In this document: one piece after another, positions 52,737 to 64,000 of the stretch
Numbering within the stretch: the stretch's first letter is position 1
Layout: each line of letters starts with the position of its first letter
Source of the DNA: Octopus sinensis
Taxonomy: Eukaryota
DNA length: 64,000 nucleotides
Assembly: GCF_006345805.1 (NCBI RefSeq)
Contig: NC_043011.1
Coordinates: 372,001 to 436,000 of the forward strand
Direction of reading: 5' to 3'
The notes under the pieces: generated by a model
The model's input: the letters and a program-made list of their open reading frames with translations, nothing else
What the model was told of the DNA's origin: nothing
Databases searched by the model: none
Translations under genes and position numbers: made by a program

Positions 52737-53220
52737 GAAAATAGAAAATGGAGATGCAATTAATGGATAACAATTGATTTACATTAATCATCATTTATTA
52801 ATTAGTTACAAAAAGACAGAATCTCCACTTTCAGCTGCTTCAGTTATCACCGTTCTCTGTTTTAGCCGCCACAATAACAGTAATGATAGTTATCATTGTA
52901 GGTAATTAATTATAAAAAATTGAATCACAGGACTTCATCAGAGCGGAAAAATAAATAAAATGCAAGATAAAAGAAAAAGGAAACAAAGAAGTGAGAACGG
53001 TGAAAATCAATTGGTGCTACATGCTGACCCACGGTGAAACTTTCGACCAACTAGAAACTAGAAATAGAATCATGAGTAGTTATAATATTAAGTGGTACAT
53101 TCATATATACCTGGGGTGGGAGGCTTGGGATAGATAAATAGAATGAGTAATTTATTAAAGTCGAAAAATAAAGTGAAAAAGTAAGAAAAATACAAAGAAA
53201 AAGAATAAAGGACAACAAAC

Positions 53221-53280
53221 GGTGCCCCAGCATGGCCACAGCTCGTGAGCTGAAACTAGATAAAATGAAATGAAAAAATG
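53221..53280 (+). mobile_element. CR1/SINE shared 3' tail
   Basis: GGTGCCCCAGCATGGCCACAGCTCGTGAGCTGAAACTAGATAAAATGAAATG. Confidence 0.7.
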
Positions 53281-54392
53281 AAAACGAGGTGACATACAGT
53301 GCAACATGTGTATAAGGATTGCTGTATAAAAGAAGAAATGTCTTCCAACTCACAAAATTTTGAAATGAAATTGCAGAGTTTGAGATGGAAATTATTACAC
53401 TATGGTGGAAGTAAAGAAGCTTCAATTCACGGAAAATAGTTATCAGAATTTATGAGTTTTGTATACATTTGCAGACGGGTCGATAAACTTTTAGGGAGTG
53501 GGTAGTATTACGAACTAAAAATTATATTCAGATAATTTCTCGTTCATACGACGCCGAATTGGAATATTGATCTCTGGTTTTGCAAGCCAAGCTGAAAAAA
53601 AATCTCATTGTGGTCACGTGACTGTTTAAAGCGCAGGCGGTATATTTTGGCGCGCTTTTTACTGTGTGGATGGACTAAAAAGACTACTAGGTAACACGCG
53701 GCAGATTTTTGTACTGGGAGCTGAGTGATGGAAGTTGATGGGTGAATCGATGTGAAACAGTCATGTGTGAGATGGTGCTGGATGGAATAGTTGACACAGT
53801 GTTTCGTGTCAGAAGTGGGATATTTATTGCGACGGTGAATATCAGTATTTACTATGAACAGTTTGTAAGGTGGAAGGTTTTGAACTTACTGCGAAAATAG
53901 TCAGCCTGAACTTGGCAACTTAAAGAATGCAGAATATGAAGTTGGTACCGGACTAAAGTGAATTCGGAAGTAACAACAGAGTCCATTCGAAAAAAAGAAG
54001 CGATAAAAAAAGATAGAAAACAAATCATTAGGCTGGTGAATAAAAGAAGAGTTCACCAAAAGAAGTCTACATATTTCAGAGGTAAATAAAGAAACTCTAA
54101 AAACTCTATTTATTCCATAAATGTTCATTCGCCTCTTAGAGTTCTTTTATTTTGGTTATACTCAACGATTTTGTCTGTTATTCTTCTGATTTCTTTGACT
54201 TACCTCTTTATTCTTTGCATTCTGTTTTGTATTTTTTATCAATCGCTTCCTGCTTGTCGAGCTCTGAATACACATCACAGTTATTCTACTCCACCAATAT
54301 ATTTTGGGAACCGACCACTACCAACACACTAACAACATCATCCAGCTACATCTATGAGCTCAATGTAAATTTTATAGCTTAGAAGCCTATTA

Positions 54393-54494
54393 TGTCACTT
54401 GATGGGGTCACTGTGAGATGCATTTGATTTTATTATACTGTTCCTCGCCCACTAGGGAACAGTGCAGAAGTATGCCGAAACGATCGTTGTGATA
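54393..54494 (+). ncRNA. Degenerate hammerhead ribozyme with an inserted hairpin in stem II
   Basis: TGTCAC/GTGATA stem I; core TTGATGG (two changes); inner ACTGTTCC/GGAACAGT; GAA-ACGATCGT-T. Confidence 0.55.
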
Positions 54495-54616
54495 AATATA
54501 GAATTTCCAGTACATTTTGTCTTCGGTATCAATCATTTAGAATATACTCAACGTGCACCAAAGAATTCCTAATGCAGATCCAAGGGCCAAACTCCATTTA
54601 CCTCGGATGACGTCTG

Positions 54617-54704
54617 GTAGCCGTAAGTGGTGAACGTGCACTGCCGGCACACTACTAGGGAATACTTAAAATAAGGTTTATAAAATTTCATATCTAAACT
54701 TTAA

Positions 54705-54762
<58 letters not shown>

Positions 54763-54847
54763 TTAAAGTTTAGATATGAAATTTTATAAACCTTATTTTA
54801 AGTATTCCCTAGTAGTGTGCCGGCAGTGCACGTTCACCACTTACGGC

Positions 54848-54850
<3 letters not shown>
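54617..54850. repeat. Perfect 234-bp palindrome centred on (TA)n
   Basis: 54617-54712 is the exact reverse complement of 54755-54850. Confidence 0.95.
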
Positions 54851-54889
<39 letters not shown>

Positions 54890-54899
<10 letters not shown>

Positions 54900-55700
54900 A
54901 TATTAGGGAATAAATCCAAATTTACAGGGAAAAATCAGATTTTATAGTAAAATATAATATAATATTAATTAGAGACAAAACCACTATTATGCAAATCAAG
55001 CAAAGAAAGACTTAATCCAATACATAAAAAATTTTATATAAATTAAATATAATTAAGATATCCACTACGATCGTTTCTTGTCACTTCTATGGACATTCAT
55101 CAGGTGGTTTCAAGACCTAAAAAATAATCAATATTTTTAAGATATAAATTTGAAATGACTAAAATATATAAAATATAAAATTATCAATGAAAAAATATAT
55201 ATAATCAAGAACTAAAATAACCTCTATAAACGATTGAATATAATGAAACCTAGTATTTAAATTCTCATATTTGAAGATGAAATAGCTAATTTCAAAAAAC
55301 AAAAAACAAAAAATAAAAAATATATATACACACATGCTCATGCACATATATCCATCTATGTATATAAACATATCTAAATACATACACAAACTCACATACA
55401 CACATATATATCTATACATACACATAAACATATAGACAAAGATAAATTTATAATGTAGCCGTATACTTCTACACATTACTTATTCATACTCCCACACACA
55501 CACATACAATCCCTCATTCATAAACATATTCTCTCAGCATGATAATAACACAGAGGAAATATAACATCCAGTAGCCGCAGATACTCCACCACAACTTATA
55601 GAAATATTTCATTCTTAGTAAAATATTATTAAATACTATATACTATATATATGTAATAACTATATATAAATACGTAAACAAACACACACACATATATATT
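54890..55700 (-). mobile_element. PLE pseudo-LTR / 3' region with HHR
   Basis: Terminus matches 13821-13960; contains the HHR at 55062-55107. Confidence 0.65.
55062..55107 (-). ncRNA. Minimal hammerhead ribozyme
   Basis: CCAC/GTGG; CTGATGA; A-TGTC(catagaagt)GACA-A; GAA-ACGATCGT-A (palindromic stem III, GUA site). Confidence 0.8.
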
Positions 55701-55719
55701 CTATATTTCCCCCTCAGGG

Positions 55720-56105
55720 AAATTCTGCTCTCTGCTGGGGAAAACGGCAACCAAAACAGTTGTCATACTTCAAACAGCTTACAAGGATGCTGTAGCGAGC
55801 AAAACACAAGTTTACGAGTGGTTTTCATGCTTTAGGAATGGTCACTTGTCACTTGAAGACCAACTTCGTTCAGGGATACCGTGGATCTCTCGAACGAATG
55901 AAAACACGAAAATTCATGAACTGATCTTGGAGGACCGTCACCAAACTATTGATGAACTTGTTCATATGACTGGTGTGTCCTGGAGCTCCTACCAACGAAT
56001 TTTGAGCGAGGAATTGCGAATGAAAAGAGTTGCAGCAGAATTTGTGCCTCGCTTGCTCAAGGAAGAGCAAAAGCGGTCATGATTGAATGCATGTCATGAA
56101 CTGAG
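55720..56105 (+). mobile_element. Mariner transposase N-terminal (HTH) fragment
   Basis: KFCSLLGKTA...VYEWF..F..G..SLED..RSG.P...LGMKRVAA-like FVPRLL. Confidence 0.8.
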
Positions 56106-56109
56106 GATA

Positions 56110-58560
56110 TAGGACGTATAAGCAAAAATATCACAGATAGAATAATACCTGAACTCAAAATTAAGATTGGACTTTGCTTATAGTCAGACACACGGGAGGT
56201 AATTGTATGGTTTAAAGAATAGAAAAAAAAACAAAAAAAAACTTCAAATTTATACAGTTGGATATAGATAATTACTACTCCACCATCAACCTTATTATAC
56301 TCAATAAAGCACTCGTGTTTGTCACGACAAATTCCTGCCTGTCTATATCAGATGTGGACATAATATTAACAACACATGAAATCGTTATCAATTATGACAA
56401 CAAACTGTGGACGAGATCGGATGGGACGAATGCTTTCGATATACCAATGGTTTCGGGCGACTCAGCACAGGTTACGGATATCGCAAGAATTTACATGTTA
56501 TTCCACATCAAATTCCCATTCTCACAAATAGCGGTGGTGATGGTGGTGGGTCTATATAGAGACGATATTCTATTCGTGTTTGCATGTATATTTTTGTATT
56601 ATTGTATATGTGAATGTAGTACTCCATGTTATTGGATGTGGCGTACGATATATACATATTTATTTGGAGTGTGTCTATATGCATGTGTATATCATCGTGA
56701 TCACCGTGATCGACCAGGCTATCAGATGTTGCTACACATCGCTGGTCACAATGCGCTTCGCATTGTCTTAGCCTTCAAATGACGCCACCCCGCTGGCTAA
56801 GCGAGCAGGCCAACAGAAGAAAGAATGAGAGAAAGTTGTAGCGAAAGAGTGCAGCAGGGATCGCCACCATCCCCTGCCTCGTGGAGCTTTAGGTGTTTTC
56901 GCTCAATAAACATTCACAACGCCTGGTCTGGGAATCGAAACCGCGATCCTACAACCGCGAGTCCGCTGCCCTAACCACTGGGCCATTGCGCCTCCACGCA
57001 TGTGTATATATGTACATAAATATATGTATGCATGTGTGCATGTATAAGGGAGTACGTATATACATGTGAGTGTGTATGTGTGCTCCTATATGTATGCATA
57101 AGTATGTATGGAAGGGTATGTATGAATATGTTTGCATTGGTATGTATGAATTAAGGTAGAAATAGAGATACAGAAAAAACTATACATATTTAAAAATTTC
57201 AGCCTATCTGTAACCATAGACACTAATTACTGTAAAGTAAATTTTCTTGTAAGGATATACGAACCGTACCACAAACCGAACGAGTGACTGCAGTACATAA
57301 ATGTAAAGTCCAATCACCTACTATCCATGACGAAAGGAATAGTTAGGAACGTGACTATCAGAATATAACACCTGTCAGCCAACGAGACGATATTCAACAT
57401 ACCTGCACCTTACTATAATGAAGCACTAGCTAGAGCCGAGCATAATGAAAAATCAAGATGGCAAAACCCTAAATACCCTACGCATCAAAAGTAGAAAACA
57501 TATATTATGAAAAACAACAGCAATCACATAACAGTAGAAACAAATAAACGCGAGTTAGATAGGAAAATAGGAAAAAATAAACAAAATCCGAAAGAATAAC
57601 AATAATAGCAACAACACGCTAAATGAGATAAAGGAATCAAACAAAAAATACAAAAAATTCTGAGATCTTATGGTTCCACTCAGTTTTCGGATTGCAAGTA
57701 TCCTCGAAGGCAGGTAAGGAATTTCTTTCAGCGTTAGATAAGTGCTCCCCTAAATCACATAAATATCATCGTATCCTCAACGAGCACACAGTGAAAGTTA
57801 TCATACACCACATCCAATAACATGGAGTACTACATACATAAATAAAACAATACAAAAATATACATGCAAACAACGACAGCAAACACGGAACAAACAGAAA
57901 AAACACAGGGTACAGGGATAATAACAAAAACAAACACAATAGGGATTATAGGATTATAAAAATAAAGATAGCGACCCCGACTGTTATAATAGGAGCCAAA
58001 CAAAAACTGACAAAAGAAACAATAAAACGAGCAATAATATTAAAAACACTGCACACATTGACGGAATAGCACGGAAACAAAAATAAAAGTCACCAAATGA
58101 TAACAAAGATAATAATAGTACAAATAATTGTAACTGTCGCAATAAATTTGCATGTCTGCTTAAGACTCAATGCACGCAAAAAAAAAAATTAAATATGCAC
58201 AATCAGCACACGTCAACATAAATATGCATACATAGGAGCCTCCGAAAACCAGTTAAAGGTCCGTTATCGGGACAATATTACCTCATTCCGAAAGATCAAC
58301 GGGCGACACGCAACGTCACTAGCGAACCTAGTATGGAGACTGAAAGAAGAAAAAATAAAATATGAAATCGAATGGTCCATAATAAAAAACGCACACCCGT
58401 ATAATATATTATCCGGGGCAAGTGACCTTGCCTTGAAGAAGCCTTGTGTATCCTGCTGAGCAAAGAAAACTTAGTGAACAAACATAGTGAGAAAATTCCG
58501 CGATGTTGCTATCGACAGAAATATACATTTTCCCGATACCGCATACAACAACAACAATAA
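56110..58560 (+). mobile_element. Degenerate PLE (RT, thumb, GIY-YIG) interrupted by a SINE
   Basis: QLDIDNYY, FDIPM..GDSAQV.D, GLYRDD, PYHKPNE, PYYNEALAR, YIGASENQLKVRY..TSL..LVW.LK. Confidence 0.8.
56690..56997 (-). mobile_element. tRNA-derived SINE (second family)
   Basis: Head GTGGAGGCGCAATGGCCCAGTGGTTAGGGC with B box GGTTTCGATTCCC. Confidence 0.85.
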
Positions 58561-58812
58561 TAATACAGTGAACTTTCTCCCTTTCCTCTCACCCTATTCC
58601 TAACACAAAAAAATATCACAACACCTACATAGAGGTGTTATATTTATGTTATATTTAGCACTTGATGTTGGTTTTAGAGTCAGTGTTTGACTGCTATTTC
58701 AAGCATGTTGATATCTCTTAGATACTCGTATTTATAATTTTAATAATAATTATAATCGATAAGGTTTTTCTTCCCTTAATTAAATAACTATCTTATCCTT
58801 ATTTATATAGAA

Positions 58813-58854
<42 letters not shown>

Positions 58855-58861
<7 letters not shown>

Positions 58862-59042
58862 GGTCCCGGGTTGATTCGGGGTTAACCACAGTAAATAAGG
58901 TACTCAATACATAGCAGAGTAAAATTAATTTATTATATAGAAGGAGCTTCTACAGGACTAGAACTGTTTCATTCAAGAGAAATCTTCAGGAAGCTCTGAA
59001 GATTTCTCTTGAATGAAACAGTTCTAGTCCTGTAGAAGCTCC

Positions 59043-59051
<9 letters not shown>
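58855..59051. mobile_element. Inverted PLE pseudo-LTR copy ending in a perfect fold-back (56-bp arms)
   Basis: 58934-58989 is the reverse complement of 58996-59051; full HHR on the minus strand at 58945-58995. Confidence 0.9.
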
Positions 59052-59095
<44 letters not shown>

Positions 59096-59177
59096 GGTCC
59101 CGGGTTGAGTCGAAGTTAACCACAGTAAATAAGGTACTCAATACATAGCAGAGTAAAGTAATTTATTTTATAGAAGG

Positions 59178-59228
59178 AGCTTCTACAGGACTAGAACTGT
59201 TTCATTCAGATGAAATCTTCAGGAAGCT
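59178..59228 (-). ncRNA. Hammerhead ribozyme in an inverted pseudo-LTR (about 59093-59550)
   Basis: AGCTTC/GAAGCT; CTGAAGA; T-TTC(ATCT)GAA-T; GAA-ACAG(TTCTAGTC)CTGT-A. Confidence 0.8.
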
Positions 59229-59670
59229 GGCTGTCAAAATAAGGTCTGGTATTTATACATTTAGGCAGATTTAATGGAGTGGTGGTGGGGAACGTTTTTT
59301 GGGTAAGTTGGTATTTAGGAGATAAACAGGGCACAGGCTATTGTTCTTAGGGGAGTGGTCAAAAGGCCAGAGAGTTTTTTGAAATGAGAAGAATCAATGA
59401 GAAAGTAAATAAATGAATAAATAGAATAATTGAATAGAATCAGATATATGGGATGGGGTTTTAGGTAAATTAGGAGACAATTGCTTTTTGGTGGTCAAGA
59501 GGAGGTATTCAGTTTGTTATTGTTGAGTGGAGGGAAGAGGTAGATAAATATACATGAAAAAACATAAAATAAATATACATACAAACACACATACATACAC
59601 ATGCGAATATACATATATATACATACATACGCACATGTATATACATACAAACACACACTTACATACAAAT

Positions 59671-59701
<31 letters not shown>

Positions 59702-60032
59702 CATATACACATACACATATACATATACACATACATACATACACGCACACGCACGCACACATATATATACACATATACCCATATATACACACATATATAT
59801 ATATATATTTTCCTCTCATCTTCCTCCCTTATTTTTATTTTTATTTTTATTTTCCCTTTTCTCTATTTGTCTCTCTCCCCTTCTCCAAACACACAGAGAC
59901 ACACACACACACGCACACACACACACAAACACACACAGACACACAGAGACACACACACCTCCACAAAACAATCATACAAAGTAGAAGAGTTCTTAGACCC
60001 CAAATGGCATTTGACCATCCTCAAAATCATAA

Positions 60033-61870
60033 GAAGATTTCATCTGAATGAAACAGTTCTAGTCCTGTAGAAGCTCCTTCTATAAAATAAATTACTTTAC
60101 TCTGCTATGTATTGAGTACCTTATTTACTGTGGTTAACCCCGACTCAACCCGGGACCTACATATCCTAGCACACCCTAGTGCCCTTATAACCATCTCCAA
60201 GAAATAATGCTGACAAGAATCGACCTCAACACTTCCCTGAAGAACATTCCTATCCCACCAAGGAAACAGTACCTAAAAGCCCTCATTAGACGGACTGATG
60301 AGTTCATCAAACGAATTAGATGGAGATCGTTCTTTTTCGACCACCCTGATGTAGCATCAACCAATAATGAAAAGTATGGCTTCAAATCTAATAAAGCCCC
60401 TCCCACCAACAGCCTACTTGAACCTTTTGAAGAAGACCTCTTCCTTATGATAAAAAATATCAAATTCAGGAAAGTCAACCTACCTTTCCAAACGGACCTT
60501 AATAAGAAACTCTCGAAAATGAAAAGCTTCCCGCATCTCCATGTCCCTTCCGACAAAACAAAAAATATTTACGCGGTGACTCCCGATACCTACAACGCCA
60601 TCACAGCTAAGTACAAAAAAGTTGATGACACGGCTTTAACTGAAACTAACTTAGCCGGGAAGGAGATCGCTACTTCCCTTAAACTGGATAACCGAACTGA
60701 ACCTCTGAGGGTGAAGTCCCCACACTTCACCCTGAAAGACCACAAAAACAATTTCGAAAATAAACCATCGGTCCGACTGATTAACCCAACCAAGTCTGAC
60801 ATTGGATCCGTTAGCAAGAAGATCCTGGACAGGATTTTACCTAAAATACATGAAGCTTCACCCCTTCCACTCTGGAATAGGACTTCCGAGGCAATAACTT
60901 GGTTCCGGGATTTACCTGACAAGAGCAACACCCGATTCCTACAATTAGATATCGAGGAATATTACGCCTCTATATCCGAGAGCCTGCTGATTGACGCGAT
61001 TAACTTCGCTCGGACCTTCTCCACCATCACCGAAGCCGAGCAAGATGAGATCCTCCATGCACGTAAGACCTTTCTTTACCACGACGGATCCCACCGGATC
61101 AACAAAAAATCCGTGAACCCCTTCGACGTCAGCATGGGTGCTAGCGATTCGGCTGAAATAAGTGACCTTGTGGGCCTATTCATCCTCCATAGGTTGAATA
61201 CCCTATTCACAGGCCTCTCCGGTGGTCTATACCGCGATGATGGCCTTTTTGCCCTCCACAAAATAAACCCCAGGACCACGGATGGGTTCCGGAAAAACCT
61301 TTACACTTTTTTAAAAACTTAGGCCTTAGGATTACCTTAGATTCGAACTTAACCAAAGCTAACTTCCTTGACATTACACTCGATTTAGAAACCTCCCTTT
61401 ATTACCCGTACCATAAACCAAATGAATCCCTTAGATACATAGACATTAATTCTAACCACCCCAAAAATATATTAGACAACCTAGTGAAAAGTCTCTCCAT
61501 TAGAATATCTAGCCTCTCTGCCACCGAAGATATCTTTAATGCCGCAGCCCCCTATTACAACGAGGCCCTGGCCCGCAGTGGCTTTAAAGATAAGATCACC
61601 TACATTAGCATAGCCCCACACCCACCCAAGAAAAATAGGCGAAGACACATTAGCTGGTACAACCGTGAAGTTTCAACACCTGTAGCTAAAATTTTCTTCA
61701 CTCTCTTACAAAAACATTTCCCCACCCAACATAAGTACTATACAATCCTTAATAAGAACACCATTAGACTCTCCTACTCTACCACACCCAATCTAGCTAG
61801 GAACCTAGCCAACAATAACGTCAAAAAACTTAATAAATCTACTTTTTCCGAAGCCCATCCCCATATCTAA
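60033..61870 (+). mobile_element. PLE: truncated pseudo-LTR plus RT/thumb ORF (one frameshift), no endonuclease
   Basis: ORF 60207-61322 with TLKDHK, QLDIEEYY, FDVSMGASDSAEI and GLYRDDGL; continues to 61870; 60033-60162 is the reverse complement of about 59093-59220. Confidence 0.9.
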
Positions 61871-61920
61871 CCTCTGCCTAGATAGTATTACTTCCTCCAT
61901 TCCTGAGAATAATCCCCATT

Positions 61921-63070
61921 ATGCACTTCCATGTAACTGCCGCCCTGGGACAGTGGGTGAAGAAAGAAGGCGATCCATTGTTTGACGTCTCTATGGGGAG
62001 CTTTAACGGGACTGAAATCGCCGACCACGTCGGGTTATACATCTTGGATATCCTCAAGAGACGTACCTATCCACATATGGTCTCTCTCTATAGGGACAAT
62101 GGCTTGGCTATCTCAAGCCATATAAATGGCCACGCCATGGAAGGTTCATGAAGAACTTTATAAAAAGATTCAGTGTTCGTTCTGCCTGTCCATAACGGTT
62201 ACTGCCAACCTGACTACAGCCGATTTCTTGGATATAACCTTTCAGGCATTAGCAAAGGGGTGTCAAAACTGTCAGCCAACATGGAGATCTTTAATAGGGC
62301 CACCCTACTACAACGATGCTTTGGCTTGGAGGGGATTTTCTGAAAAGCTCACGTATGTGGGCGAACTCCAAACCTCTCTCCTCACCCCAAGAGAATTAAG
62401 AAAAGGAAAATAATCTGGTATAAACCCTTTTAAGGTAGAAGTTTCTACCAACGTGGCCAGGGGCTTCCTGTCGTTAGAAACATTTCCTCAAAGGCCATAA
62501 GTATTACAAACTCTTCAATCCTCCATAATGTCAAGGTAAGCTACTACTGCTTAGACAACATCGCATCTAATATCGCACGCATTAACAGACGTCAAAATGC
62601 ATCCACATAACCCCAACCCTAACTGAAACTTCCAAAACCCCACCACCTGCTCTCTTTGAGATAATGTCTCACAAGGGCTGTAGTATATAGAGCCACCCTT
62701 ACACCATCCAATGGCAATACTAGGCACTATACAGGCGTGACAGCCAATGACTTCAAGGGAAGATATTTCCCAGCACTTACATTAATTTAAATCCAGGGAC
62801 AGAGAGAACTCCATTTCCCTGTCACGCTTTCTCTGGCGACTTCGTGACCACCAAGACGAAACACCCAGCATCAAGTGGAGTATTATCGACAGGGCGTCAC
62901 CATATTCCCTCGGCGCCCTTGATTGCCGTCTGTACCTCCACGAAAAAGTGCATATCATTTACCAACACGCAGTATCCATCAACAAAAAACATGAGGTATC
63001 ATATTGCTGTCACCAGCTGCTCATCCTTGATGCCACTAGCCGCCAACAACCTGGATATACCTCCTTAGTA
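61921..63070 (+). mobile_element. Second, more degenerate PLE (RT core to GIY-YIG) in tandem
   Basis: FDVSMGSFNGTEIAD.VGLYIL, LYRDNGL, PYYNDAL and VVYRATL...YTGVTANDFKGRY. Confidence 0.75.
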
Positions 63071-63591
63071 CTAGCCACCCCTAGCACTACCAGCACCAAG
63101 GTCACCGTCACAAATGAACCCCCATGAACAGTACCGCAAATCCCCAGTCCCCAACACTTCTCCATAACTGTCTACCCGCATACTCTCACCTCTTGTACAT
63201 AACCCCTTTTGCATGACCCACGAGTATATGCGCGCGCATGTGCGTGACTGTGCATATGCATCTGGTCACCGTATGCATGCGCACGGATGTGTGGGCGTGT
63301 GCGTGTATGTGCGCGCCCATATACATGTGCACCCATGCGTGTGCATGTATGTACGTACGCGTGCACACTTGTGTGTGCTCGCACGTGTACGTGTGCTGGT
63401 ATGCATGTGTACATGGAGATAAAGGTGTGCACGCGTGTGTGTCCGTGTGTGTATATGTGTGCACGCGTGTGTGCCTTCGTGTGTGTGTGTGCAGAAATGT
63501 GAATGTATATTTAAGCACATATACACATATACACGTATAAGTACGGATGCGTACACGCAGATATATGGGTATATACATGTAAATATAAACA

Positions 63592-64000
63592 TACGAGGGG
63601 CGTTCAATAAGTAATGGGGATGGGGGAAGAGTTCATAGCCGCACGCCTGTGCTTCTGATCTGGCGACACGCGAGTTGTGGACCGGAGCGTTGTCCTGCAG
63701 GAGGAGGATGCCTTTGCTGATCTTGCCCCGCCTCTTGGTTTCGATAGCTTCTCTTAATTTCCTCAAAAGTGAAACATGATAGGCTCCTGTAATTGTGGTA
63801 CCCTTTGCCAGGAAATCTGTCATCACTACTCCGTCCTGGTCCCAGAAGACTGTGAGCATGACCTTGCCAGCGGAGGGCTGCACCCTTGCCTTCTTTGGAG
63901 GAGGTGAGTCATGATGCTTCCACTGCATTGACTGGGCTTTGGTCTCTGGATCATAGTGATGGACCCAGGTCTCATCCTGTGTAATCAGTCTTTTGAAAAA
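63592..64000 (-). mobile_element. Mariner element with a C-terminal deletion, running off the window
   Basis: ITQDETWVHHYDPETK, WKH..SP.PKK, AGKVMLTVFWD and QDNAPVH; TIR CGAGGGGCGTTCAATAAG with TA at 63592-63593. Confidence 0.9.

Overview
AT-rich, microsatellite-saturated eukaryotic DNA. It is most likely cephalopod (Octopus-like), inferred from the SINE families, TA/AAT/ATCT arrays and TTAGGG motifs. No intact host gene is visible; at most there is one candidate 63-nt exon. The window is a nested transposon graveyard: about ten Penelope-like element (PLE; RT plus GIY-YIG) copies or fragments, four Tx1/L1-clade LINE pieces, a near-full-length R4/Dong-type RLE LINE in an (AAT)n array, HERO-like, RTE and CR1-like fragments, Gypsy pol remnants and solo LTRs, hAT MITEs and a hAT transposase remnant, two mariner fragments, a probable Helitron derivative and tRNA-derived SINEs. 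The most notable feature, which no ORF explains, is a set of about a dozen hammerhead-ribozyme (HHR) motifs that I folded by eye. Most sit at PLE ends. They include a compensated U3-A8 core variant, non-canonical A.A and U.U closures of stem II, greatly expanded stem II domains, and one HHR inside a 328-bp terminally redundant unit resembling a non-LTR retrozyme. Several perfect fold-back palindromes lie beside (TA)n tracts at PLE termini. TE family calls come from motif recognition, not database searches, and many TE boundaries are approximate.
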